64,000 nt of DNA from Steroidobacteraceae bacterium. Its GTDB lineage: Bacteria; Pseudomonadota; Gammaproteobacteria; Steroidobacterales; Steroidobacteraceae. The DNA lies in NCBI GenBank assembly GCA_052039045.1, contig JBQGDL010000006.1, positions 41,731 to 105,730 on the forward strand. The letters are read 5' to 3'. The position numbers were made by a program, and so were the translations under genes. Shown here piece after piece: positions 30,204-39,800 of this stretch. The notes under the pieces are model-generated. The model saw nothing but the letters and a program-made list of their open reading frames with translations, searched no databases and was not told the DNA's origin. The stretch's first letter is position 1. Each line of letters starts with the position of its first letter.

Positions 30204-30464
30204 ATGCAGGCGGAAGAAGAGGTTTGGGAGTCCCCGGATCGGCTTACAGCATTCAAGGCGATGGCGGAAAAGCTCGGGCGGACCATCAAGAGCGTCCACT
30301 ACACCGTGGGCGATTACGACATAGTTACGGTTGCCGAGGGATCGGAAGACGCGTGTATGTCCGCGGCCTTGAAGCTCAACTCCCTTGGCAACGTTCGGAC
30401 GCTGACAGTCCGCTGTCTGCGTCCCGCTGATTGCAAAGCACCGGTCGCGGACAGCTCCGGCTGA
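30204..30464 (+). CDS. GYD domain protein (N-terminally short)
   Basis: SPDRLTAFKAMAEKLGRTIKSVHYTVGDYDIVTVAEGSEDACMSAALKLNSLGNVRTLTV matches the GYD family core. It lacks about 10-20 N-terminal residues seen in typical members. Lower-GC codon usage. Confidence 0.6.
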   Translation: MQAEEEVWESPDRLTAFKAMAEKLGRTIKSVHYTVGDYDIVTVAEGSEDACMSAALKLNSLGNVRTLTVRCLRPADCKAPVADSSG

Positions 30465-30509
30465 GAACGTCCGGCTCAAGAAGCGGGTGGCCTATTGTGA
30501 CCTCGACGC

Positions 30510-31298
30510 TCAGTCCTCGAGCTGTCTCCACGTTTTCTCGAATTCGCCTGCGATGAAGGCGTGGCCGAGGTTGGTCGGATGCACTTCGAAGTTGAACGGC
30601 GGCGGCGCACTCGGGTCAAAGCCGAGCCTGCGGTCGATCAGCACCAAACCCTTACGGCCGAGCGAAGGCGTATAGAGATCCACGATTGCGACACGTGACC
30701 CCTGCGGAACGCCGACCTGTCCCACGAAGAACCGGAGCGCCTGATCGAACGCGTGAAGCAGCGCATCCAGCTGCGCGAACGCGATGGGATCCGGGTGCGG
30801 AACACTGTAGTAATTCGAGACCAGAATCGTCACGTTCTCGAGTCCAGGACATACCGAGCCGAGAAAGGCGTCGATGACCGGGGAAGCAACATCGGGGTTG
30901 TTCAGCAAGACGTTCACCGCTTGTGCCACACGTTGTGCGATCGCGATGACGTCGAAGTCGCCTCTGAACACATCGTTGGCTCCGGCCGTGATTGTCACGA
31001 TTGTCGGGCGCGCGTTGGGGCGCGAGCAGAGGATCTGCGGTACCTGATGCTCGAGGAGATCCCAGCTTCTGGCACCGATGATCCCAGCGTTCGAGAAGTC
31101 TGTCTCAGTGATGGATCCAAACACGCCCCGCGTGTAGAGCCGGTACACGTAACCCCTGGTAACAGGCAACGCGCCCTCGCCCGCGGCAACACTGTCTCCC
31201 AAGCCGACGTAGTACTCGGTCTTGGGGAAGTTGATCTGCGCGAACGCGACTACAGGAATGGACGCGACGACTAAAGCGAGTAGGTGAAGACGACGCAT
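30510..31298 (-). CDS. Secreted SGNH/GDSL-family hydrolase (lipase/esterase-like)
   Basis: Start at the internal ATG with GGAGGA 6 nt upstream. Signal peptide MRRLHLLALVVASIPVVAFAQ, block I VGLGDSVAAG, block III ITAGANDV and block V VHPTNLGH. Confidence 0.8.
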   Translation of the reverse strand: MRRLHLLALVVASIPVVAFAQINFPKTEYYVGLGDSVAAGEGALPVTRGYVYRLYTRGVFGSITETDFSNAGIIGARSWDLLEHQVPQILCSRPNARPTIVTITAGANDVFRGDFDVIAIAQRVAQAVNVLLNNPDVASPVIDAFLGSVCPGLENVTILVSNYYSVPHPDPIAFAQLDALLHAFDQALRFFVGQVGVPQGSRVAIVDLYTPSLGRKGLVLIDRRLGFDPSAPPPFNFEVHPTNLGHAFIAGEFEKTWRQLED

Positions 31299-31576
31299 GA
31301 CATCCTCCTGCTCACGAGTTGAGCGAGTGTCATAGAACGACCGTCGCGGTTCTGGATTTTTTCCTCGGACTTGCGTGCGGCACTTCACAGCCTAGGTCGA
31401 CGCCGATCCGCTCGCATCAGTACTTACCGCAAATCCCGGATGGGCGGAGCGGCACACCTCTTGCAGCGTGCGTCAGGATTCCGCGAGACACGACAGGAAA
31501 GGAGATCCTCACGGGTCCGGCGACTGGCCGTAACAGCCAGTCCGAAGAGCTTAAGCGCGTCGCGCGCGCCGTACGA

Positions 31577-31606
31577 GTTCCTGCGTATGTTCCTACGTAT
31601 GTTCCG
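31577..31606. repeat. 12-bp tandem repeat, 2.4 copies (GTTCCTGCGTAT GTTCCTACGTAT GTTCCG)
   Basis: Read directly from the sequence. GTTCC recurs at 31577, 31589 and 31601 inside the 575-nt non-coding gap between divergent hydrolase genes. Confidence 0.8.
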
Positions 31607-31873
31607 CTGACGCTGCAGCGCAGCGCGGAGTAGGAAGGGAAATGCCGGGTGCACGGCAGCCCAAAGCCCGCCATCCCGCCCGCGGTGAGCTGCGTTGGTC
31701 GGCCTGCTTTGCCAAGCCGGCCGGCGCGGACGTAGCATCCTGCGTTCGCCTGTCGGGGTGCGACCATGATCGAGAGCAGCTCGCGACGCCGGACTTGGGT
31801 GTCGCGCGTGTGGTGAACACGTTTTGTGTCGATGTCGACAAGGCGATCGTCGAGCGGCTGGATCCTCGTGCCG

Positions 31874-32701
31874 ATGCGCCATAGCCTGATCATTGCGGGG
31901 CTGGTGGTCACAGCGTCCTCGCAGCTCGTGGCCGAGGCTCGCAGCGGCGATCCGGAGCGCACGGTGTGCGGAGCGCTGCTCGAGAGGATCGCCTTCGCCG
32001 TCTGGAGCCGCGCGGCCGGTCAGCCCCGCGACGACGCGTGGCGCAGCGTGCAGGGAGCAAGCGCGGTCGACCACCTCACCCGCGACGGTCGCGATCTGCG
32101 CGGCTTTCGCGTTTCGCCACGTGCTGCACTTCGCAGGCCCGGCTTCGTCCTGTTCATGCAGGGCAATGCGATGCTGGCCGAGCAGCTTCTCGACGAGCTC
32201 GAGCCCTTCGCGGCGCGCGGCCTCGAGGCGTACGTGTATGACTATCGCGGTTACGGGCGATCGCAGGGCAGAGGCCGCCTCGCGGCGATCGTCGAGGACT
32301 ATCGCGAGATCTTCGCCAATCTGAGCGCCGCCTCCGGCGGCGCACCTGCCTATCTGTACGGCGTGTCCTTCGGCGGCCTGATCGCACTGAACGTTATCGG
32401 CAGCGGGGCGCGCTTCGCCCGGGCGGTTGTCGATTCGACGCCGAGCCGCGTGTCACCTTTCGGTTGTCCGGAGTCATTCGACCCGGTGCGGAATCTGCCC
32501 GCGAGTGCGTCCGGGCTGCTGGTCATCAGCGGGGCGCGCGACAGCGTGGTGAGCGCGGCCGATCAGGAGGAGCTGCGCGCCGCCGCGGAGGCGCGCGGAG
32601 CGCGGGTCGTGCTTCACCCCGAGTTCGCCCATCCTTTCATGGATCGTGACCCGGCTATCCACTCCGAGCGTACGGCGCTCGTCCACGATTTCCTGGAATG
32701 A
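31874..32701 (+). CDS. Secreted alpha/beta hydrolase
   Basis: ATG at 31874 gives the signal peptide MRHSLIIAGLVVTASSQLVAEA. Nucleophile elbow YGVSFGG. The C-terminal His region is HPEFAHPF. Confidence 0.75.
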   Translation: MRHSLIIAGLVVTASSQLVAEARSGDPERTVCGALLERIAFAVWSRAAGQPRDDAWRSVQGASAVDHLTRDGRDLRGFRVSPRAALRRPGFVLFMQGNAMLAEQLLDELEPFAARGLEAYVYDYRGYGRSQGRGRLAAIVEDYREIFANLSAASGGAPAYLYGVSFGGLIALNVIGSGARFARAVVDSTPSRVSPFGCPESFDPVRNLPASASGLLVISGARDSVVSAADQEELRAAAEARGARVVLHPEFAHPFMDRDPAIHSERTALVHDFLE

Positions 32702-34044
32702 AGGCGATGCAGGATACGGCGGAGGTGACGGTCGGGCGCGCGGTCGGCGGCGCGGGATTCAGCGCCACCCAGCTCTATCGCAGCTACGTGCTCGGCCTGC
32801 TGATGACCGTCGGGGTGTTCAGCTGGGTGGACCGCCAGATCTTTGCGGTGCTGCTGCAGTCGATCAAGCTCGAGTTCAGCTTCAGCGATACCCAGCTGGG
32901 CCTGCTCGGCGGCGTGGCGTTCGGCCTGTTCTACGCGACGGTCGGGCTGCCGATCGCCTGGCTCGCCGACCGTTTCAACCGCCGCAACATCATCGCGGTG
33001 TGCCTCGCGCTGTGGAGCGCGATGACCGCGCTCTGCGGCATGGCAGGCGGCTTCTGGTCACTGTTCCTCGCGCGCATGGGGGTGGGCATCGGCGAGGCGG
33101 GCGGCTCGGCGCCCGCGCAATCTCTGGTCTCGGATTACTTCCCGCCCGAGCGCCGCGGCTACGCGCTCGGTGTGCTGTTCATGTATCTGCCCCTCGGCTT
33201 TCTCGTGGCATTCCTCGTCGGCGGGTGGGTCAACGAATTCTTCGGCTGGCGCACCGCGTTCATCGTCGTGGGGTTGCCCGGGGTCGCGCTCGCGCTGCTG
33301 CTGCGGCTCAGCTTGCGCGAGCCGCCGCGCGGCCACTCCGAGAACCTGCGGCACTCGGGGCCGCCGCCGTCGCTGCTGTCGACGGTGGCGTACTTCGTGA
33401 GCCGTCCGTCGTTGCGACATCTGCCGGTGGCAGGCGCGCTGCACGGTATCGGCGCCTGGGGCGCCGGCGTGTGGATGCCGGCCTATTTCATCCGCGCGCA
33501 CGGCATGACGAGCGGCGAGATCGGCACATGGTTCGCATTCATCTTCGGCATCGGCGGCGCCGCAGGTGCGCTGTTCGGCGGCCAGGTTGCCGATCGCCTC
33601 GCTCGCCTGAGCGGCGATGCGCGCTGGTACGCCTGGTTCTCCGGGATCTCGCTGCTCGTGACGGTGCCGTTCTACTTCGCCGTGTTTCTCTGGCCGACGC
33701 CCGCTCCAGCGCTGCTGGTGTTCTTCGTCCCGATCCTGATCGGGCACATGTTCTTAGGGCCGGTAACGGCCACGATCCAGAATCTCGGCGGCGTGCGCCG
33801 CCGGGCGATGGCCGCCGCCTTCTACCTGTTCTTTGCCAACCTGATCTCGATGACCAGCGGGCCGCTGATCATCGGCGTACTGAGCGACTACTTCAATGCG
33901 CAGTACGGCCACGACGCGCTACGCTACTCGCTGCTGTTCCTGATCACGCTGACCAGCATCTGGGCGGCGCTGCACTTCTTCCTGGCGTCGCGCACCCTGC
34001 GGGCCGATCTCGCGGCGGCGAACGTGGACGCGGGCGGGAGCTGA
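32698..34044 (+). CDS. MFS transporter (Spinster-like subfamily)
   Basis: ATGA overlap with the hydrolase stop. About 12 TM helices. MFS signature GLPIAWLADRFNRRN and LARMGVGIGEAG. Confidence 0.9.
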   Translation: MKAMQDTAEVTVGRAVGGAGFSATQLYRSYVLGLLMTVGVFSWVDRQIFAVLLQSIKLEFSFSDTQLGLLGGVAFGLFYATVGLPIAWLADRFNRRNIIAVCLALWSAMTALCGMAGGFWSLFLARMGVGIGEAGGSAPAQSLVSDYFPPERRGYALGVLFMYLPLGFLVAFLVGGWVNEFFGWRTAFIVVGLPGVALALLLRLSLREPPRGHSENLRHSGPPPSLLSTVAYFVSRPSLRHLPVAGALHGIGAWGAGVWMPAYFIRAHGMTSGEIGTWFAFIFGIGGAAGALFGGQVADRLARLSGDARWYAWFSGISLLVTVPFYFAVFLWPTPAPALLVFFVPILIGHMFLGPVTATIQNLGGVRRRAMAAAFYLFFANLISMTSGPLIIGVLSDYFNAQYGHDALRYSLLFLITLTSIWAALHFFLASRTLRADLAAANVDAGGS

Positions 34045-34100
34045 GTCAGCGGCCACCGGCGCAGCGCGCCGCGTCCGGGTCGCCGGGGAGGGTAGCGACG

Positions 34101-35108
34101 ATGAGAATCCCGCTGTCCATTGTGCTGCTGTCGCTGTCCAGTGCTCTTCCCGCACAGCCGCCGCCGCCTATCATTGACATGCACCTCCATGCGTTGCGCA
34201 TCGAGGACTTCGTATCGCTCGGAGGCCCGCCACCGATTCCACATTGCGTGCCGATGACCGATTACCCGGTTCCCGGGGCGGGCCGGAGCTGGGGGGACAT
34301 CGTCCGCTCGCGGGCCGTGCCCTGCCGCGCGCTCTGGTCGCCTGCGTCCGATCAGGAGGTGATCGAGCGGACGGTCGACATCATGACCCGACGCAACGTC
34401 TTCGCCGTGACGAGCGGCCCACTGGTGGATCGCTACGTGCAGGCCGTGCCGGATCGCGTCGTCCCGAGCCTCTCGCTGCGCGGACCCGGAGCGCCGCCGC
34501 TCGCCTCGGTACGCGAATCGTTGCAGGCAGGCCGCTTCGCAGTTCTCGGGGAGGTCACCGCGCAGTACGCCGGACTGGCGCCCGACGATTCGTCGCTCGG
34601 GCCGTACTGGGAGCTCGCGGCGGAGCTCGACGTGCCCGTCGGCATTCATATCGGCACCGGTCCGGTCGGCGCACCGTACCTCGGTTTCGATCGCTACCGG
34701 GCGCGATTGCACAGCCCGTTCGGGCTCGAGGAAGTGCTCATCCGGCACCCGGAGCTGCGCGTCTACGTCATGCACGCGGCCTGGCCGATGCTGGACGAAC
34801 TGCTGGCCATGCTCTGGACGCATCCGCAACTCTACATCGACGTCGCGGTGATCGACTGGGCGCTGCCAAGGGCGGAGTTCCACCGCTACCTGCAGCGGAT
34901 CGTCGAGTCCGGCTTCGGCAAGCGCGTCCTGTTCGGATCGGATCAGATGATCTGGCCGGAGGCGCTCGAACTCGCGATCGAGAGTATCGAGACGGCTGGC
35001 TTCCTCTCTGCAGAGCAGAAGCGCGACATCTTCTTCAACAATGCGGTCAGGTTCCTGCGGCTCTCGCCTTCGCAGGTGGCCTCGATGCACGGGAAGGCGG
35101 GCGACTGA
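34101..35108 (+). CDS. Amidohydrolase-2 (TIM-barrel metal-dependent hydrolase) with signal peptide
   Basis: ATG at 34101 gives MRIPLSIVLLSLSSALPAQ. Metal motif IIDMHLHAL, then VGIHIGTG, YVMHAAWP and LFGSDQ. Confidence 0.78.
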   Translation: MRIPLSIVLLSLSSALPAQPPPPIIDMHLHALRIEDFVSLGGPPPIPHCVPMTDYPVPGAGRSWGDIVRSRAVPCRALWSPASDQEVIERTVDIMTRRNVFAVTSGPLVDRYVQAVPDRVVPSLSLRGPGAPPLASVRESLQAGRFAVLGEVTAQYAGLAPDDSSLGPYWELAAELDVPVGIHIGTGPVGAPYLGFDRYRARLHSPFGLEEVLIRHPELRVYVMHAAWPMLDELLAMLWTHPQLYIDVAVIDWALPRAEFHRYLQRIVESGFGKRVLFGSDQMIWPEALELAIESIETAGFLSAEQKRDIFFNNAVRFLRLSPSQVASMHGKAGD

Positions 35109-35207
35109 CCCCGGCCGGCGAGGCCGGCCAGCACGGCTGCGGCATCGATCTGGCCGGCGGCGGGCGTATGATTCGACTGCCGGCCGTCACCGGTCGGCAG
35201 GAGAGAC

Positions 35208-35696
35208 ATGCTGGAGACAGCCTTGGCGCTCGCGCTGACCTCGACGGCATTCGCGCAGGGAGGGTCCATCCCGAGGGTCCACACCTGCCAGGGCAGCGAC
35301 ACCTCCGTGCCGCTTGCCTGGAGCGGCTTGCCGCCCGGCACCAAGAGCCTCGCGCTGATCGTCGACGACCCCGACGCCCCGGATCCGGCGGCGCCGAAGA
35401 TGACCTGGGTCCACTGGGTGCTCTATGACATCCCGCCGGATGCATCGGAGCTGCCGGCAGGCGTCGGGGGCAAAGGTCTGCCGCGCGGCACACGCGAAGG
35501 CGTCAACGACTGGAAGCGCACGGGCTACGGCGGTCCCTGCCCGCCGATCGGTAAGCACAGGTACTTTCACAAGCTCTATGCGCTCGACGTCGTGCTAGGC
35601 GATCTCGGCAAGCCGACCAAGGCACGGCTGGAGGCCGCGATGAAGGGGCACGTGCTCGGAAGCTACGAGCTCATCGGCACCTATCAGAAGACCTGA
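35208..35696 (+). CDS. YbhB/YbcL family Raf-kinase-inhibitor-like (PEBP) protein
   Basis: LIVDDPDAPDP, WVHWVLYDIP and GYGGPCPPIGKHRYFHKLYAL are PEBP hallmarks. GGAGAG RBS. Signal-peptide-like N-terminus. Confidence 0.88.
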   Translation: MLETALALALTSTAFAQGGSIPRVHTCQGSDTSVPLAWSGLPPGTKSLALIVDDPDAPDPAAPKMTWVHWVLYDIPPDASELPAGVGGKGLPRGTREGVNDWKRTGYGGPCPPIGKHRYFHKLYALDVVLGDLGKPTKARLEAAMKGHVLGSYELIGTYQKT

Positions 35697-35710
35697 CGAC
35701 CGCGAGACAC

Positions 35711-35997
35711 TTGGACGCCGCGGACAGCCTGTCGACGATCGCCGCCGCCGCATTGGGTATCGCTGGCTTCAGCGGGGTCATGACGGCCTTCGCCAGGCAC
35801 CGGAGATCTTCAACGCCTGGCTGTACATCGCGATCGCGAGCGGGCACGTCGCGAACACCTGCGTGCAGCTCGTGAATGCCTGGCGACCCGAGGCGGCGAC
35901 AGCCTCAGGAATCTACATCGCGGGTCTGATCTGGTTCCTCTTCCATGCAGCGGTGCAGTTTTCACGCATGCTCTTCGTGCAACCCGCGGATCGTTGA
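35711..35997 (+). pseudogene. Possible frameshifted remnant of a small membrane protein
   Basis: Frame A (35711-35875) reads LDAADSLSTIAAAALGIAGFSGVMTAFARH. Frame B (from about 35806 to TGA 35995-35997) reads IFNAWLYIAIASGHVANTCVQLVNAWRPEAATASGIYIAGLIWFLFHAAVQFSRMLFV. Both show high third-position GC. No intact ORF or obvious start. Confidence 0.3.
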
Positions 35998-36000
35998 CCG

Positions 36001-36780
36001 CTATCGGTGGGCGGCTGCAAACGCCTCGCGCGCGGCCTGCTCGAGAAACCGCATCGCCGCCCGGTACGGCCCGGGCCCGTGGCTGATCCGCGCGACCCCG
36101 AGTCGCGCCAGCACGCCGCGCGGTGGCAGCGCCGGCAGCATCATCACATTGACCGGCAGCGGCGAAGCCGTGCACAGCCTGCCGATCAGATCCGGGTCGA
36201 CGAGGCCCGGAACGAAGAGCCCCGATGCGCCCGCGGCGGCATAGGCCGCGGCTCGCTCCAGTGCGGCATCGAGCAGGGCGCCGTCGTGACGGCTGGCATC
36301 GACTTTCAGGAACACGTCCGTGCGCGCGTTGATGAAGGCGGCGACCGAGAGACGGTCCGCGGCCGCCCGTGCGGCGCGGAGGCGGGCGGACTGCTCGTCG
36401 ACCGTATACAGCATGTCGCTGCCGATCGCGCCGTCCTCGAGGTTGCAGCCGACGGCGCCCGCGCGCAGCGCGCGGGTGAGGGTGTCCGCGACGGCGGCGG
36501 GACGCGGGCCATAACCCGACTCGAGGTCGATGCTGACCGGCAGGTCGACCGCGCGCACGATGCGCTCGAGATTGGCAACCGCGAGCTCGAGCGGCAACGC
36601 CTCGCCGTCCGCGTAGCCATGTGCCGCCGCGACGGACCAGCTGCCCGTCGCGATCGCGCGGGCGCCCGCCGCGGCGATGGCACGCGCGCTGCCCGGATCC
36701 CAGGCGTTGAACAGCACGAGCGGCTCGCCCGACACATGCAACCGTCGGAATGCTTCGGCGCGTGATCGCTGGTCGTTCAT
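36001..36780 (-). CDS. Isocitrate lyase/PEP mutase family protein (2-methylisocitrate lyase-like)
   Basis: LVLFNAWDPGSARAIAAAG, DLPVSIDLESGYG, GAVGCNLED and INARTD match the ICL/PEPM superfamily. Confidence 0.85.
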   Translation of the reverse strand: MNDQRSRAEAFRRLHVSGEPLVLFNAWDPGSARAIAAAGARAIATGSWSVAAAHGYADGEALPLELAVANLERIVRAVDLPVSIDLESGYGPRPAAVADTLTRALRAGAVGCNLEDGAIGSDMLYTVDEQSARLRAARAAADRLSVAAFINARTDVFLKVDASRHDGALLDAALERAAAYAAAGASGLFVPGLVDPDLIGRLCTASPLPVNVMMLPALPPRGVLARLGVARISHGPGPYRAAMRFLEQAAREAFAAAHR

Positions 36781-36810
36781 GGGTATTGCACCTGGCCGGG
36801 GACAGCGAGT

Positions 36811-39800
36811 CTAGCTCGCGCGCCGGCGTTCGACACACTGGCCGAGCCGCACAAGCAGATTGTGCGCCGCGGCGAAGCGCTGCTCGGGATCCTGGAAGTC
36901 GCCCGTGAAGCGCAGCCGGGTCGACCCGTCGAAGCGCAGCGTACGGCCGCTCGCCTGCACCAGGCCGATGAGCGCAGCGGGCTCGACAGGGGTGTCCGAT
37001 CCGAACACGAGCGAGCCCGAAGAGGGGCCGACGTCGAGCCGCTCGACGCCGAGCGCGGCCGCGGCGATGCGCAGTTGCGCGATCCGCAGCAGGTTCTTCG
37101 CGGGCTCGGGCAGGTTGCCGAAACGGTCGATGATCTCCGTCTGCAGGTCGGTAAGCTCGGGCTCGGAGCCGCTGCCTGCGATCCTCTTGTACATGACGAG
37201 CCGCGCGTGCACGTCGGGCAGGAACGCCTCCGGAAGCAGCGCGGGCACGTGCAGCTCGATCTCGGGACCGTGGTGCAGCGGTCTCTCGAGCGAAGGTATG
37301 CGCCCGGCGCGCAGCGCCGCGATCGCGCGCCCGAGCAGCTCCATGTACAGAGCGAACCCGATCTCGTGGATCTGCCCGCTCTGTTCCTCGCCGAGCAGTT
37401 CGCCCGCGCCGCGGATCTCGAGGTCGTGCGTCGCCAGGACGAAGCCCGAGCCCAGGTCGTCCAGCGATTCGATCGCTTCGAGACGCTTGACGGCATCGCC
37501 GGTCATGGCATTGCGGGGCGGGGCGATCAGGTAGGCGTAGGCCTGGTGATGCGAGCGTCCCACGCGGCCGCGCAGCTGGTGCAGCTGGGCGAGGCCGAAG
37601 CGATCGGCGCGATCGACCACGATCGTGTTCGCGGTCGGTACGTCGATGCCGCTCTCGATGATCGTCGTGCAAAGCAGGACGTTGCTGCGCCGGTGATAGA
37701 AGTCGAGCATCACCTGCTCGAGCTCGCGCTCGCGCATCCGTCCGTGACCGATCGCGATCCGCGCCTCGGGGACGAGCTCGGCGAGCTGCTGACCCGACCG
37801 GCCGATCGTATCGATGCTGTTGTGCACGAAGTACACCTGTCCGCCGCGACGCAGCTCGCGCAGACACGCCTCGCGGATCATCGGCCCGTTCCATTCCGAG
37901 ACGAAGGTCTTGATCGACAGCCGCCCGGCAGGCGGCGTGGCGATCAACGACAGGTCGCGCAAGCCCCCGAGCGCCAGGTTGAGCGTGCGCGGGATCGGCG
38001 TGGCGGTCAGCGTCAGCACGTCCACCTCCGCACGCAGCTGCTTGAGCCGCTCCTTGTCGCGCACACCGAAGCGGTGTTCCTCGTCGATGATGAGCAGTCC
38101 GAGATCCTTGAAGCGCACGCCGGGCTGCAGCATTCGGTGCGTGCCGATGACGATATCCACTTTGCCCTCGGCCAGCCCGGCGAGCGTCGCCTGCGCCTGT
38201 GCGCCGGCACGGAAGCGAGACAGAAGCTCGACGCGGACGGGCCAGTCCGCGAAGCGGTCGGCGAAGGTCTGGTGATGCTGCTGTGCGAGCAGCGTCGTCG
38301 GAACCAGCACCGCGACCTGCCGGCCGGCCTGCACGGCGACGAACGCCGCCCGCAGCGCGACTTCGGTCTTGCCGAAGCCGACGTCGCCGCAGACCACGCG
38401 ATCCATGGGCCTCGGCGCGCGCAGGTCGTCGATCACCTGACGGATGGCGGCAAGCTGGTCGGCCGTCTCCTCGAAAGGGAAGCCCTGTTCGAAGGCGTGC
38501 AGCTGCTGCTCGTCGACCGCGAACGCGTGGCCCGGGCGCGTTGCACGACGGGAATAGACATCGAGCAGCTCCGCGGCCGCGTCGTGGATGCGCTCCGCGG
38601 CGCGCTGGCGCGCCTTCTGCCATTGATCGCCGCCGAGCCGGTGCAGCGGCGCCGCCTCGGCCGGCGCGCCCGTGTAACGGCTGACGCGCTCCAGCGCCTG
38701 CACCGGGACGTAGAGTCGGTCCCCGTCCGCGTATTCGAGCACCAGGAACTCGGCCGTCTGGCCCGCCGTCTCCATGTTGGTGAGCCCGCGGTAGCGGCCG
38801 ACGCCGTAGTCCTCGTGCACCACCGGCGCGCCGGGCCGCAGATCGGCGAGCTGCTGGATGATGCGCGCCGGATCGCGGTCGCTGCGCCGCCGACGCCGTT
38901 CCTGCCGGGCGCGGTCGCCGAACAGCTGCTGCTCTGCGTAGATCGTGAGCGGCGGCTCGGTAATCGTTACGCCGGAGACGAGCGGCGCCACGGCGATGGC
39001 GAGTGGCGCGTCGGATGCGAGGAACTCCGCCCAGCCTGCGACCACCTTCGGCTCGATGCCGTGCGGCCGCAGCAGATCGAGCAGCAGCTCGCGCCGACCT
39101 GGTGACTCGGCCGCGAGCAGCACGCGCGAGCGTGCGACACGTAGCACGCCCGCAAACGCCGCGACGCTGTCCTCGCGGCGCAGCTCGAGCCGCAGCTCCG
39201 GAACGTCCGCGGCCGCAACGGTGCTCACCGCCGCGTCGGCCGGCGCGGCGACGCTGTCCGCCGCGGCGAGCTCGACGTGCGGAGCGCTTCGGGCGCGCTC
39301 GAGCCAGCCTGCGGGATCGAGGAACAACTCCTGCGGGGCAAGCACCGGATGTTCGATGTCGTAACGGTGCTCCTCGTAGCGCTCTTCGATTGCGCGCACG
39401 GCAGTGGCCAGCTCGGCCGCAGCGTCGCAGGGGAGCACCGCAATCGCGCCGTCGGGCAGGTAGTCGAAAAGCGTGGCCGTGGAGTCGAAGAACAGCGGCA
39501 GGTAGTACTCGATTCCGGCGGGCGCCAGGCCGTCGCCCACGTCGCGGTACACGGGCATGCGCGTCAGGTCGCCCTCGAAACGCGTGCGGAACCGGCGTCG
39601 GAAGTCGCGGATCGAGTCGGCCGACAAACTGAACTCGCGCGCGGGCAGCAGCTCGATACGCTCGAGCCGGCCCGTAGTCCGCTGGGTGTCGGAGTCGAAG
39701 CTTCGGATGCTGTCGATCAGCCGGTCGTCGAGATCGATGCGCAGCGGCGCGTCGCTGCCCATCGGGAACAGATCGAACAGCGAGCCACGAACGGCGAATT

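Noticed and set aside
30027-30479. 150-aa minus-strand ORF covering the GYD gene
   Set aside because: It is antisense to a frame with a clear GYD-domain match and has no family resemblance of its own.
31440-31560. Possible riboswitch, SRP RNA or RNase P-like RNA (GGAAAGGAGAUCCUCACGGGUCCGG... followed by a hairpin)
   Set aside because: I compared it from memory with the conserved cores of SRP RNA, RNase P RNA, tmRNA and the TPP, cobalamin, glycine, fluoride, guanidine and c-di-GMP riboswitches. No core motif is present. A covariance-model search is needed before making any call.
31319-31962. Several 79-216-aa ORFs on both strands inside the 575-nt gap (31319-31633, 31371-31610, 31417-31962, 31424-32074)
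   Set aside because: They mutually overlap, have no RBS or family resemblance, and contain repeat-derived peptides (VPAYVPTYVP, FLRMFLRMF) that simply reflect the 12-bp tandem repeat. Only 31642-31884 keeps a weak possibility, and it is noted in the finding above.
35810-38623. 937-aa ORF on the minus strand, in a second frame of the mfd region
   Set aside because: The translation is an Arg/Ala/Pro/Gly-rich low-complexity string. It lies entirely within the strongly supported mfd gene on the same strand in another frame. Long shadow ORFs are expected at about 70% G+C.
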